The notes under the pieces were generated by a model. The model had not been told where the DNA came from. It searched no databases and saw only the letters and a list, made by a program, of their open reading frames with translations. Position numbers and translations under genes: made by a program. Positions 21,534 to 30,876 of a stretch of 64,000 bases of DNA are shown here, piece by piece. Origin of the DNA: an uncultured bacterium. Its GTDB lineage: Bacteria; CSSED10-310. The stretch's first letter is position 1. Each line of letters begins with the position of its first letter. The DNA lies in contig CAZELM010000009.1 of assembly GCA_964512995.1 (NCBI GenBank), positions 21,510 through 85,509 of the forward strand, given 5' to 3'.

Positions 21534-22181
21534 ATGCGGAATGTTTTTTTTATGATGATCTTTTTTCTTATTCCGTTCACCATTACCTCAGCGATCCGAA
21601 GTTCCGATATTAATTCAGCGCCATCGACTTCAACCGAAATAATAAAGCCTGGTTATGCATTGGTCATGGTAAATGGATCAAAAATTCGGATGCAGGAATA
21701 TCAGGTAAATTTAAAGTATGATACGGTTTCGTATAAAAGCTCCAAATCGGGTTTAACTGCGACATTTCCTTTGGAGCGTGTCAGTAAAATCATCAAATTC
21801 GATAACAGCCTTGAAAAGATTCCGGAAGAAGCGCTGGTCGTTTTTCAGAACGCTGCCTCATTGAATCAAGTCAAGGATGATGGTGGCATTCCGATCTTAT
21901 TTAAAGTGACAAAAACCGTTGTCGGCAGTCAGGGCAGCACGCAGAAAGGTACAACCGGGGGCAAATCAACGGGCCAATTCACCAGCAAGGGATCTTCAGG
22001 TACCAGTAGCAGGAATTCTTCATCCAGTGGGACATCATCATTTGGTAATGCCACATCACGATCTTCATCATCATTCTCTTCATCCAAGTCGCAGTCCTCA
22101 AGTTCTGGTCGATCATCCAGCAGTTTTTCAAATAATTCAAATGATGATTTTTTTAATGCACTGTTCGGTGGCAATAAATAA
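21534..22181 (+). CDS. Exported hypothetical protein with Ser/Gly-rich low-complexity C-terminus
   Basis: Signal peptide, GAGGG RBS, upstream promoter; Ser-rich tail. Confidence 0.65.
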   Translation: MRNVFFMMIFFLIPFTITSAIRSSDINSAPSTSTEIIKPGYALVMVNGSKIRMQEYQVNLKYDTVSYKSSKSGLTATFPLERVSKIIKFDNSLEKIPEEALVVFQNAASLNQVKDDGGIPILFKVTKTVVGSQGSTQKGTTGGKSTGQFTSKGSSGTSSRNSSSSGTSSFGNATSRSSSSFSSSKSQSSSSGRSSSSFSNNSNDDFFNALFGGNK

Positions 22182-22225
22182 ATTGAGAAGTTCCTTTTCA
22201 CTGTGAAGATAATATCAGAGGCATT

Positions 22226-23788
22226 GTGAAAGATCTGGAATTTTTACAAATAAAATATGATCGATATGGATTCATCGTCGCATTTACGCTGTTTGTGATT
22301 TTATCCATGTGCTTTATCGGCTATTCCACCGATGATATTTATATCAGTTATCGCTATGCAGAGAACATGTCAAATGGATATGGACTGGTATTCAATAAAT
22401 ATGAAGCACCGGTTGAAGGATATACCAATTTTTTATGGACATTGATGTTGGCCTGGGCTGCCTGGGTGCGTTTACCATTACCTGAAACGGCCACTCTGTT
22501 CAGCATCATTTTCAGTGCGTCACTGATCCTGTTCATGGGCGTCTGGGCGAATCGCCAGCGTCACTACCAGTCTTTTTTTCCGAATTCAGTCCCTATGATC
22601 ATTCTGGCTTCTCATCCAAGCCTTTCGCTTTGGTCCGGCACCGGGATGGAAACCCCATTTTTTTCATGGCTGATTGTATTGGGCTCGGTTGTCATGTCAT
22701 GGGAAGATCGGCGATGGAGCAGCGGTGGGTGGATATCTGGATTCATCTGGTCTTTGGCAGCACTGACACGACCCGAAGGGATTTTAATCGGCCCCATGAT
22801 CATTGTGTTAAATTTTTTTGAATCCCGTGAATTCACCAGACAAAAGCGGGAAGTGTTGTTGAAACGCTTCACTGCATTTGCCGTACCGGTGATGTGGCAT
22901 TTTATGTGGAGGAAGTTTTTTTACGGGGAATGGCTTCCAAACACATTTTATGCCAAGACAGGGAATCATGGCGAACTGATCTATACTGGACTGACCTATT
23001 CCGCTCATTTTTTACTGGAAGGCGGTTTTTTATTGCTGTTCCTGATGATACTGGGTTTATTTGTTCGACCCCGTATCTGCGGTATATGGACGAGTTTATG
23101 CACTGTTCTTGTTTATTTTATGTATGTGATCTGGGTTGGAGGCGACTGGATGCCGGGGTATCGTTTTTTTCTTCCCATTCTCCCTCTGATGATCATGCCC
23201 GCCTCTGTCTTTATCGTATGGCTGTTTCATCGAGATTCAAGAGCCGGATTTATTACGCTGTCCATCGTTGTCGCCTACATGAGCCTGACGGGATTGCTGG
23301 GTCAACGTGCATTTATACAAAATTCGTTGATTTCTACCATCAAGAATGGATCGCCACCCGTTGACGTATTGGTGGAATTGGGACTTCATCTTCGGGAGGT
23401 CGCACCCTCTTACGCCGTCATTGCGGTTGTTCCCGCCGGAAAAGTACCTTATTATTCCAAACTCCAATCGATAGATATGCGCGGACTGTGTGATCGGCAT
23501 ATTGCTGGGACAGAGATTCCCAAAGATATCAAACACTCCTTGCCAGGCCATCTGAAACGAGATCCGCAATATGTGCTCAATCTGAAACCCGACTATATTA
23601 TTTTGTCCGGAGCGATTCGAAAAGAAAACCTTCCCCCCGCCAACCTGACACTTCGGGAAGGTCAATTTTTAGATGAGTGGGATATTGTGAAGCTGCCGGA
23701 CTTCAAGGAGTGTTATAAGCCGGTTCGGGTTGCTCTGCCAAAGAGTGACAAAGATCTTTTTTACTATCGGCGCATCTGCCGGGAGTAA
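22226..23788 (+). CDS. Polytopic membrane protein, GT-C-fold glycosyltransferase-like (arabinofuranosyltransferase-like family)
   Basis: DD in first loop (TDDIYISYRYAEN), VEGYTNFLW, GMET, TRPEG, GGDWM..RFFLP, soluble C-terminal domain. Confidence 0.65.
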   Translation: MKDLEFLQIKYDRYGFIVAFTLFVILSMCFIGYSTDDIYISYRYAENMSNGYGLVFNKYEAPVEGYTNFLWTLMLAWAAWVRLPLPETATLFSIIFSASLILFMGVWANRQRHYQSFFPNSVPMIILASHPSLSLWSGTGMETPFFSWLIVLGSVVMSWEDRRWSSGGWISGFIWSLAALTRPEGILIGPMIIVLNFFESREFTRQKREVLLKRFTAFAVPVMWHFMWRKFFYGEWLPNTFYAKTGNHGELIYTGLTYSAHFLLEGGFLLLFLMILGLFVRPRICGIWTSLCTVLVYFMYVIWVGGDWMPGYRFFLPILPLMIMPASVFIVWLFHRDSRAGFITLSIVVAYMSLTGLLGQRAFIQNSLISTIKNGSPPVDVLVELGLHLREVAPSYAVIAVVPAGKVPYYSKLQSIDMRGLCDRHIAGTEIPKDIKHSLPGHLKRDPQYVLNLKPDYIILSGAIRKENLPPANLTLREGQFLDEWDIVKLPDFKECYKPVRVALPKSDKDLFYYRRICRE

Positions 23789-23958
23789 TCGGACATTTTA
23801 TCAATTTTATTTTTTTTGAAACAAAATGACCCCTCATGAAACTTGAAACCATGCGCACACAATGATAATTTTCTCTGGATGATCCGTTGGGAGGAGTCCG
23901 AAAACCGTCGATTTTCCGGTAAAATCACTCCCATTCTATTTTTTTGAAGGAGACGCGA

Positions 23959-25482
23959 ATGGCTATTATTCTAGATGGAAAAAATTTAACCGTAGAAAAA
24001 ATGGTTCGTATTGCCCGTAATGGAGAAAAAGTAGAACTCCACCCGGATTCACTGAAGAAAATTCAGGTGTGCCGGGACATGCTGGAGGAAAAAATTAAGG
24101 CTCATGAGATCATGTATGGTGTAAATACCGGAATTGGTGAGTTCTCAGAAGTCGTACTGGATGATGAGCAGGTGAAGCAATTCCAGAAATATCTCATTTA
24201 TAATCATTCTGCCGGGATCGGTGAACCGGCTCCCATCGAGTTCGTCCGAGGCGCGATGGTGGGGCGAATCAATGTTCACGCCAAAGGAAACTCCGGATGC
24301 CGTACAGAAATCACGCAGACTTTAGTGGAGATGTTGAACAGGGGGGTCACACCCGTAGTCTGTCAGAAGGGTTCTGTTGGAGCCTGTGGTGATCTGGCTC
24401 CGATGTCTCAGATCGCACTCCTGATGATGGGTGAAGGTGAAGCCTATTTTCAAGGCGAACGGCTCCCAGGACGCATTGCATTCGAGCGAGCCGGTATTCC
24501 GGTTCCGGGTCTGCAGGCGCGGGATGGCTTGGCAACGATCAATGGATCCAATCTGTTGACCGCAATGAGCGCTATCACGTTGTTCGACATGAACCGATGG
24601 TTGAAACAGGCGGAGATCGCCTGCGCCATGACATTGGAATCCTTGTATGCCAATATGAAACCCTACGATGTCCGCTTGCATCAGGTTCGGGGTTTCTCCG
24701 GAGCAGTACGATCGGCCCTGGCCATCCGAAAGTGTATTGAAGGCAGTGATCTGTTGACCGGAAAACTGAAGATCAAGGTTCAAGACGCCTATTCCATGCG
24801 GTCGAGCCCGCAGGTAATCGGTGCCGCACACGATGCTCTGGCTTATGCGAAATCCCAGGTTGAGATCGAACTGAACGGAGTTGGCGATAATCCCATTTTT
24901 CTGCCGGAACACAAACTGACGCTCACCGGTGCTAATTTTCAGGGAACACCCGTCTCACTCCCCATGGATATGGTGAGTGCTGCCATTACCATGATCTGCG
25001 TTCTTTCCGAACGACGGCTGAACCGGTTGCTGAATCCGGCATTGAGCATTGGGCTACCACCGTTTTTAACAAAAGGTGCTGGCATGTTTTCCGGGATGAT
25101 GTTGAGTCAGTACACCGCTGGCACCTTGATCGTCGAACAGAGAATTCTGTCAACCCCTGCCAGTATCGGCTCCATTCCCGCTGCGGCTGATCAGGAAGAT
25201 TTCGTGTCGATGGGCATGAACACCGCCATTAAAAACACACAGATTTTGGATAATGCGTATGGTGTTCTGGGGATTGAGTTTATGGCCGCAGCGCAGGCAC
25301 TCGATTTCAGGAACTTTCAGAATGGCAATGGCGTCACAGCAGCTCGCAATGTGATCCGTCGCCATGTCGAATTCCTGGATGTTGACCGACCCCTGTACCC
25401 CGATCACAACACGATGGCCGCGCTGGTAAAATCCTGCGAGATTCTGGATGAAGTAGAAAAAACGATTGGAAGTCTTGAATAA
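23959..25482 (+). CDS. hutH: Histidine ammonia-lyase-like MIO enzyme with Ala-Cys-Gly triad
   Basis: YGVNTG (Tyr53), His83, GSVGACGDLAP, QDAYSMRSSPQV, DNP, GANFQG, QEDFVSM; RBS GAAGGAG before ATG 23959. Confidence 0.8.
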   Translation: MAIILDGKNLTVEKMVRIARNGEKVELHPDSLKKIQVCRDMLEEKIKAHEIMYGVNTGIGEFSEVVLDDEQVKQFQKYLIYNHSAGIGEPAPIEFVRGAMVGRINVHAKGNSGCRTEITQTLVEMLNRGVTPVVCQKGSVGACGDLAPMSQIALLMMGEGEAYFQGERLPGRIAFERAGIPVPGLQARDGLATINGSNLLTAMSAITLFDMNRWLKQAEIACAMTLESLYANMKPYDVRLHQVRGFSGAVRSALAIRKCIEGSDLLTGKLKIKVQDAYSMRSSPQVIGAAHDALAYAKSQVEIELNGVGDNPIFLPEHKLTLTGANFQGTPVSLPMDMVSAAITMICVLSERRLNRLLNPALSIGLPPFLTKGAGMFSGMMLSQYTAGTLIVEQRILSTPASIGSIPAAADQEDFVSMGMNTAIKNTQILDNAYGVLGIEFMAAAQALDFRNFQNGNGVTAARNVIRRHVEFLDVDRPLYPDHNTMAALVKSCEILDEVEKTIGSLE

Positions 25483-25498
25483 TTTGTAATAATTGTAT

Positions 25499-25545
25499 TA
25501 TCGCTTACCCTTTTCCCTCTGGAAAGGGGTAAGCGATATTTTTTA
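25499..25545. terminator. Probable bidirectional intrinsic terminator
   Basis: Hairpin TATCGCTTACCCTTTTCC-CTCT-GGAAAGGGGTAAGCGATA followed by a T-tract, between convergent genes. Confidence 0.8.
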
Positions 25546-25549
25546 TTGA

Positions 25550-27355
25550 TCAATTGGCGGAAACGCATTCCGTTTGAGTTGATTCCGTCGCTTTGGGACT
25601 CTGGATGGATTGAAATTCGTGACCAGTCCAGATCCGGAATAATTTCCGGGCTTCTTCGGATGCATTTGGGTCCGATTCAAGAGTCAGCTTTTCGGGAATG
25701 TGATCCCCGAGCTGAACCAGTATGGTTTGAATCTCTCCCTGTCGTGAAATCGTGAATTCCAATGTTCTTCCCGGTTCCATCTCCCCCAACCGACTGTCAA
25801 ACTCGGATTTAGAAGTCACACGGATGAGGTCGACAGCCAAAATTTCGTCTTTGGGTTGAAGACCGCCCCGTTGCGCAGGTGATTCCCGATCAACCACGCG
25901 AACCCACAGGCTGCCTTCCGCATTATAGATTCGGATACCCAGATACCCTTTTTTCGGTTCGTTCACGGTTTCTTTTGCTTTTAATGTCAATCCTAACATT
26001 TGGAAATAGTCTTCAAAGGGCAGATCAGTCCGCCCATTCACCGTGGATTTGAAAAATCCAGAGAGGTTCTTCCCAGCCAAGCTGCTTGCTAAAGAAACGA
26101 CATCGTCATATGTAAAGCCATCATACTGATTGACATAGTGATCAAAATAAAGACCCCGGATCAGGTCATCCATCCGGTTTTTCCCGTCGGTCTCTTTCAT
26201 GATGATCACATCGAGAAACAATGCGATCAAAGATCCCTTCAGGTAATACGAGATAGCGGAATTGTCGGTGTTTTCATTCCATCGGTAATATTTGATCCAT
26301 GCATCATAGCTGGCTTCGGATGCGCTTTGGTATCGGTGCCCCGGAGTCTTCCGGTACCGAGTGATCGTTTTGGCGACTTCCTCCAGATATTCTTTCACGG
26401 TCAGGATGCCGGCGCGAAGTAAGAACTGAAGATGATAATAGTTGGTGAACCCCTCCGATACCCACAACAAATCCGTGTAGGTTTCGGTAAAGTAATCCGG
26501 TGCGACCAACTCCCGGGGTTTCAACGCTTTGACATTCCATGCATGAAAGAGTTCATGGGAGAAAATGGTCAATGTATCATTATATTTACTCTTCTCGAAA
26601 TCGAATCGCTTAACGAAAATCAGTGTGGAGTTGCGATGTTCCAGTCCCGCATCTTTTTCTGTGATCAATAATTGATAGACATACCTGCGAAATGGGACAT
26701 GAGTCATCATCTGGAATTCCACTCTGGAGATTTTTTCCAGGTCCGCGACGAATTTCTCAACATTGATATTGCCCTGACCCTCGATGGCAACCTCATGAGT
26801 GATCCCTTCTACATCAAAATATTCGGTGCGGTGATTGCCGACCATCAACGGGCAATCCATCAGCTCATGATAATCCTGGGCGGAGTAATGATTTCCATGC
26901 TGGTCCGTTTTTTCCAGACCGGTCGATATCTTGTGCCATGATTCCGGAAGTATCACCTCCAGGGAACATGCTTCATTCAGGTATGGTTTGACAGCCAGAC
27001 AGACCGTTCCAGGATTGATGATCCCGAACTTCTCGGATAGATAACTCGAATCGTCCTCCAGCATGAAGGCATACACATCATAGTGGATATAGACTTCATC
27101 ACCGGCACGACAATGAACGAGCCATGTCTGTTTATCTGTTTTTTTCCAGGATAATGATATCTCCTGAGCGGTCTGTGCTCTAAAACTTTCCACGTTTTTC
27201 GCAAAATCATTCAGCTTGTAAGCTCCCGGGAGCCATGTCGGCATCTTCAGCTCGATTTCATCGGCCGGGGCTGCCGGAATGGCCATTTTTACATGAATAT
27301 TATGCGTTCTGGGCAGAACCATGCTCAGTTGATAAAAAACCTTGATTTCCTTCAT
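25550..27355 (-). CDS. M61 family glycyl aminopeptidase with PDZ domain
   Basis: MPTWLPGAY, GLEHRNS, HELFHAWN, LWVSEGFT, SYYLKG, GGLQPKDEILAVD; AGGGGAG RBS before ATG 27355. Confidence 0.93.
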   Translation of the reverse strand: MKEIKVFYQLSMVLPRTHNIHVKMAIPAAPADEIELKMPTWLPGAYKLNDFAKNVESFRAQTAQEISLSWKKTDKQTWLVHCRAGDEVYIHYDVYAFMLEDDSSYLSEKFGIINPGTVCLAVKPYLNEACSLEVILPESWHKISTGLEKTDQHGNHYSAQDYHELMDCPLMVGNHRTEYFDVEGITHEVAIEGQGNINVEKFVADLEKISRVEFQMMTHVPFRRYVYQLLITEKDAGLEHRNSTLIFVKRFDFEKSKYNDTLTIFSHELFHAWNVKALKPRELVAPDYFTETYTDLLWVSEGFTNYYHLQFLLRAGILTVKEYLEEVAKTITRYRKTPGHRYQSASEASYDAWIKYYRWNENTDNSAISYYLKGSLIALFLDVIIMKETDGKNRMDDLIRGLYFDHYVNQYDGFTYDDVVSLASSLAGKNLSGFFKSTVNGRTDLPFEDYFQMLGLTLKAKETVNEPKKGYLGIRIYNAEGSLWVRVVDRESPAQRGGLQPKDEILAVDLIRVTSKSEFDSRLGEMEPGRTLEFTISRQGEIQTILVQLGDHIPEKLTLESDPNASEEARKLFRIWTGHEFQSIQSPKATESTQTECVSAN

Positions 27356-27493
27356 ATTGTCTCCCCTATTCATTTTCCATATCAGATTTTGGCATTGCAC
27401 TGCATCTCTTCGAGATGATAATTAGATGTTTTATGAATGATTAGGTTACCGGCGGGAGGTAACACGGGGTTGACTGCCCGACCACCGGGGGCG

Positions 27494-27522
27494 ACGCTAT
27501 ATGAAACAAATTTAGGAGTCAA
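27494..27522 (-). promoter_or_regulatory. Sigma70-type promoter upstream of the M61 gene, with GC-rich discriminator
   Basis: Minus strand TTGACT-N17-TAGCGT followed by CGCCCCC. Confidence 0.45.
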
Positions 27523-27588
27523 GTACAGAAAATAGATGCCGCGGTATCATTTGGATCATGATAGACGGCATCGTCGGTTTTCCTCCAG

Positions 27589-28038
27589 TTATTGTAAATG
27601 ATCGAGATCATCCAAGTCTTTATGTCGGCCGGCTGCCAATTTATTCTTTCGGAGATCCTCCAGAGAAATCACGTTGGTGGGGATACCATCGATCATCGTC
27701 ACCTGACGATTCGGATAACATTCATCGAAACGTATCCCGCTCGCTCCCGTTATCAATTCAATCCGCACAGGAGGAACACCCATTCGAATCACCTTATCTT
27801 TTTCAAGAAACAAGTCATGTGAGAGTGACTTTTCGGGTATCCCAAAGTCGATCAAGGCAGCGATTGCTTTCATGGCATTGACAGGATCGATTGCAATCCA
27901 GATATCCAAATCACCGGTTGCTCGGGGATATCCGTAATAACCAACCGCATATCCCCCGACCAATAAATACTCAACGGCATGTAAGTTCAGCAATCTCAAG
28001 AAATCTTTGAAGTCTGGATGAAGTTCGATGGATTCCAT
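27589..28038 (-). CDS. Minimal nucleotidyltransferase (DUF6036/AbiEii-like), copy A
   Basis: VGGYAV...PRATGDLD and KLAAGRHKDLDD motifs. Confidence 0.85.
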   Translation of the reverse strand: MESIELHPDFKDFLRLLNLHAVEYLLVGGYAVGYYGYPRATGDLDIWIAIDPVNAMKAIAALIDFGIPEKSLSHDLFLEKDKVIRMGVPPVRIELITGASGIRFDECYPNRQVTMIDGIPTNVISLEDLRKNKLAAGRHKDLDDLDHLQ

Positions 28039-28180
28039 ACACTAGTCTCCTCTCCACTTCAATCGCATTGAAACGCTCTGCAACCGATCTCGATCGCCAG
28101 TATTCTTTGATATCACGGTCATCACCCAATGGTTTTATGATCAATTTGCTCTTATCGAGATGGGGTAAGTGTGTGTCCAT
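27971..28180 (-). CDS. Small partner protein of nucleotidyltransferase A
   Basis: EYWRSRSVAERFNA...VYG...RLQR pattern; overlaps the NTase start by 68 nt. Confidence 0.65.
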   Translation of the reverse strand: MDTHLPHLDKSKLIIKPLGDDRDIKEYWRSRSVAERFNAIEVERRLVYGIHRTSSRLQRFLEIAELTCR

Positions 28181-28268
28181 CTCAAGTTTCCTTTTTTATA
28201 CAACGGTTTGTTGGAAATGGATTCATGATACTGCTGTCTCGATTATATCACGTTATCATCGATTGTTA

Positions 28269-29816
28269 TCAGACTGAAATGACGCGATTGATTTCACCGA
28301 TCGAAGTAATGCCATTCAATGCCAGTCGAAACCCATCCTGGCGCAGCGAACGGAAGTCAGATGGCAATGCGGCAGTCAGATCTGCAACTGTTCCTCCGGA
28401 TTCCAGTTGTTTCCAGAATGCATCCTGCGGCCTGAGCATCTCCATGATGATCGCGCGACCCTGAAATCCCGTGTTGTGGCAATGGGAGCATCCTACCGAC
28501 CGGTACAATTGGGTTGGCGGCTCCTCAGTATCCAGAGATGCGATTTCTTCAGGAACCATTCGTTCTTTGCAGCGAGAACATAATTTTCGGACCAGCCGTT
28601 GGGAGATCACACCGATAATCATTTCTCGAAGAGTAATACCCGGAACACCCAGATCGAATAACAGTTTGATGGTCGCTACCGCTGAATGGGCATGCATTTG
28701 GGTAAGCACCAGATGCCCGCTTTGCGCGATTTGTGCCGCCAATCTGGCAATGCCGGTTTCCCGGATCTCACCGATCCCGATCACATCCGGATCCTGACGC
28801 ATCAGTGACTGGATGGCTGCCGTCATGGTCAGTCCGATCGAATGATTGACCTGCAATTGCTGGGTGCCTGGCAAATGGTACTCCACCGGATCTTCCACGC
28901 TGACAACATTGATGCTCTCTCTCTCGGCCAGTTCCTGGAGCATCAGATAGAGGGTGGTCGTTTTTCCGGAACCGGTCGGACCCGACACTACAACCATGCC
29001 ATATTCGGAATTCAGCCAGCTCCTGAATATTTTTAAATGATGATCGGAAATGCCGACATCTTCCAGACGAGGGGGGAATGCGGATTTATCGAGGAACCGA
29101 ATCACCACTTTTTCGGCGAACACAAAAGGAACAACCGATATTCGGAGATCCATGGTGATCATCGAATCGGGATTGCCTGGATCGGGTATCCGGATCAGGA
29201 TGCGGCCATCCTGAGGCAGTCTACGTTCCATGATATCCAATGCAGCCATTTTTTTGATCCGGCTGACAATCGCCGAGTGCTCCTCGGGCGTGAGATCGAT
29301 CGGCTGAGTCTGCAGAACGCCGTCGATCCGGAATCGGACTCGGACACAATCCCCGTGCGATTCGATGTGCATATCACTGGCTTTCGTGTGAATCGCCAGG
29401 AGGATGAGATCGTTGACACGGGTTGAGATCCGGTCATCTCCCTGTGACATCATTCTGGAATGAGCGTTTTCGAGCAGTTCTGCCGGCAGAGGCCGGATCG
29501 TGTATTTATCGGATTTGGATAATGCGGTTCCAACGTCGATCAGGCTGGAATCGAGAATGCCTTTCGTTTCTGCATAGTCGATGATGGATAACATGTTTTC
29601 ATCGAATATCCCGATTTGTGTCAACGCAGATGTGAAGGAAGCACCATCCTCGATAGATTTACTCATTGTTGTGATGATGGCGGACATGTCACTGGTTTCT
29701 TTGAATTCAGCAGAGATCGTTTCCATGGCTCTCATGAATGAAACACCATTGGCTAACAATCGGCCCAGCCGGATAAACATGTCGGATACATTCGTTCGGA
29801 TGTCCTGGGTTTTCAT
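28269..29816 (-). CDS. Fusion of a soluble GspF/PilC-type domain to a GspE/PilB-family secretion ATPase
   Basis: aa 1-100 T2SSF-like (LGRLLANGVSFMRAME...IEDGASFTSAL...YAETKGILD); then ASDMHIE, RFRIDG, RRLPQDGRI, GPTGSGKTT, EDPVEY, DPDVIGIGEIRE, SGHLVL, CxxC/CxxC; no TM helix seen. Confidence 0.85.
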   Translation of the reverse strand: MKTQDIRTNVSDMFIRLGRLLANGVSFMRAMETISAEFKETSDMSAIITTMSKSIEDGASFTSALTQIGIFDENMLSIIDYAETKGILDSSLIDVGTALSKSDKYTIRPLPAELLENAHSRMMSQGDDRISTRVNDLILLAIHTKASDMHIESHGDCVRVRFRIDGVLQTQPIDLTPEEHSAIVSRIKKMAALDIMERRLPQDGRILIRIPDPGNPDSMITMDLRISVVPFVFAEKVVIRFLDKSAFPPRLEDVGISDHHLKIFRSWLNSEYGMVVVSGPTGSGKTTTLYLMLQELAERESINVVSVEDPVEYHLPGTQQLQVNHSIGLTMTAAIQSLMRQDPDVIGIGEIRETGIARLAAQIAQSGHLVLTQMHAHSAVATIKLLFDLGVPGITLREMIIGVISQRLVRKLCSRCKERMVPEEIASLDTEEPPTQLYRSVGCSHCHNTGFQGRAIIMEMLRPQDAFWKQLESGGTVADLTAALPSDFRSLRQDGFRLALNGITSIGEINRVISV

Positions 29817-30295
29817 CGGATACCTCCTGGAAATGGAATGGTTTTTTTATACTCCTGCCGTGAATCCATGTCTTGGGTTCTGGATCGCTCCTCTTCCTGA
29901 TCCACTGCCCATTGCAGCAATCGATCCCGGCGGAAACGGATTTTTCCTGAGATGTTCAAGCAGGGTAACTGGTCGAGCAATGAGGCGATTTCCGATACGG
30001 ATATTTTCAGGAGCCTGGCTGCATCCTCGATATCCAGAATGTCATCCGGTATGGATTTGGGAGTCAGTTCATCACGAAGTGCTTTCCGAATTCGAAGATC
30101 TGCGGTTTCCGGGAGTGTCTGATTCAATGCAGCCTGGAGATTCTTCTTCAACGACTGAGCCGTCTGCTGCTTTTTCTGACAATCCGGACAGTCCGCGAGA
30201 TGGACTTCGAAGGCTTGCCGTTCACCGGAATCCAGTGCATCGTCCCAGTATGCATCAAATTGAGAACACGGATGTTCATGGGCGTTGGTATTCAT
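29813..30295 (-). CDS. Soluble zinc-binding anti-sigma (zf-HC2/ZAS) fused to an excisionase-like HTH (HTH_17)
   Basis: HLADCPDC (HxxxCxxC); ILDIEDAARLLKIS...GKIRFRRDRLLQW; 4-nt overlaps with both neighbours. Confidence 0.8.
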   Translation of the reverse strand: MNTNAHEHPCSQFDAYWDDALDSGERQAFEVHLADCPDCQKKQQTAQSLKKNLQAALNQTLPETADLRIRKALRDELTPKSIPDDILDIEDAARLLKISVSEIASLLDQLPCLNISGKIRFRRDRLLQWAVDQEEERSRTQDMDSRQEYKKTIPFPGGIR

Positions 30296-30849
30296 GTGAG
30301 AGACACTCCTTTCTCCGACAGGAATTGAATCATTTGCCTGCGTGCCCGATGAAGTTGAATTCGGACATTTTCCGCTGTCAGATTCAATGTCTGACCGATG
30401 CGCTCACTGTCCATCCCCTCAACTTCCTTCAGCAGGAGGATCATCCGCTGATTCGATGAAAGCCGCTGACATGCCATCTCGATCAACTCGCCAGCCATCA
30501 ACCTCCGTTCAGGATGCCGGACATCGATGAGCGAGGCCGGCATATTGGATTCATCGGAAGGCTTAAGGCTATCATCCGCCAATCCACGACGGCCGATATG
30601 GGTTCTGATGCGGTTGACTGCGATCTGAAAAATCCAGGATTGAAACCGTCCCATGGGCTGATATCGGGGCGCGTGCCGAATGAGCCGGATGAAAACCTCC
30701 TGCACTACATCTTCGGCATCCGGTTGATTGCGGAGGCAGTTCAGGGCGAATCGATAAATGCGATGGCGGTATCGTTCGTAGAGCATGTCGAACGCTGCCG
30801 TGACTCCCGCAGCAAACATCACCATCAATTCCTCATCACCAAAATTCAT
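30292..30849 (-). CDS. ECF sigma factor
   Basis: AFDMLYERY, DAEDVVQEVF, FQSWIFQIAVN (sigma2); LLKEVEGM..ERIGQTL....NVRIQLHRAR (sigma4). Confidence 0.93.
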   Translation of the reverse strand: MNFGDEELMVMFAAGVTAAFDMLYERYRHRIYRFALNCLRNQPDAEDVVQEVFIRLIRHAPRYQPMGRFQSWIFQIAVNRIRTHIGRRGLADDSLKPSDESNMPASLIDVRHPERRLMAGELIEMACQRLSSNQRMILLLKEVEGMDSERIGQTLNLTAENVRIQLHRARRQMIQFLSEKGVSLT

Positions 30850-30876
30850 ATTACCCTTTACCCTCTCTCTGTGATG

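Noticed and set aside
29581-30459. 292-aa plus-strand ORF across the ATPase/anti-sigma/sigma genes
   Set aside because: Antisense to three well-supported genes; no motifs
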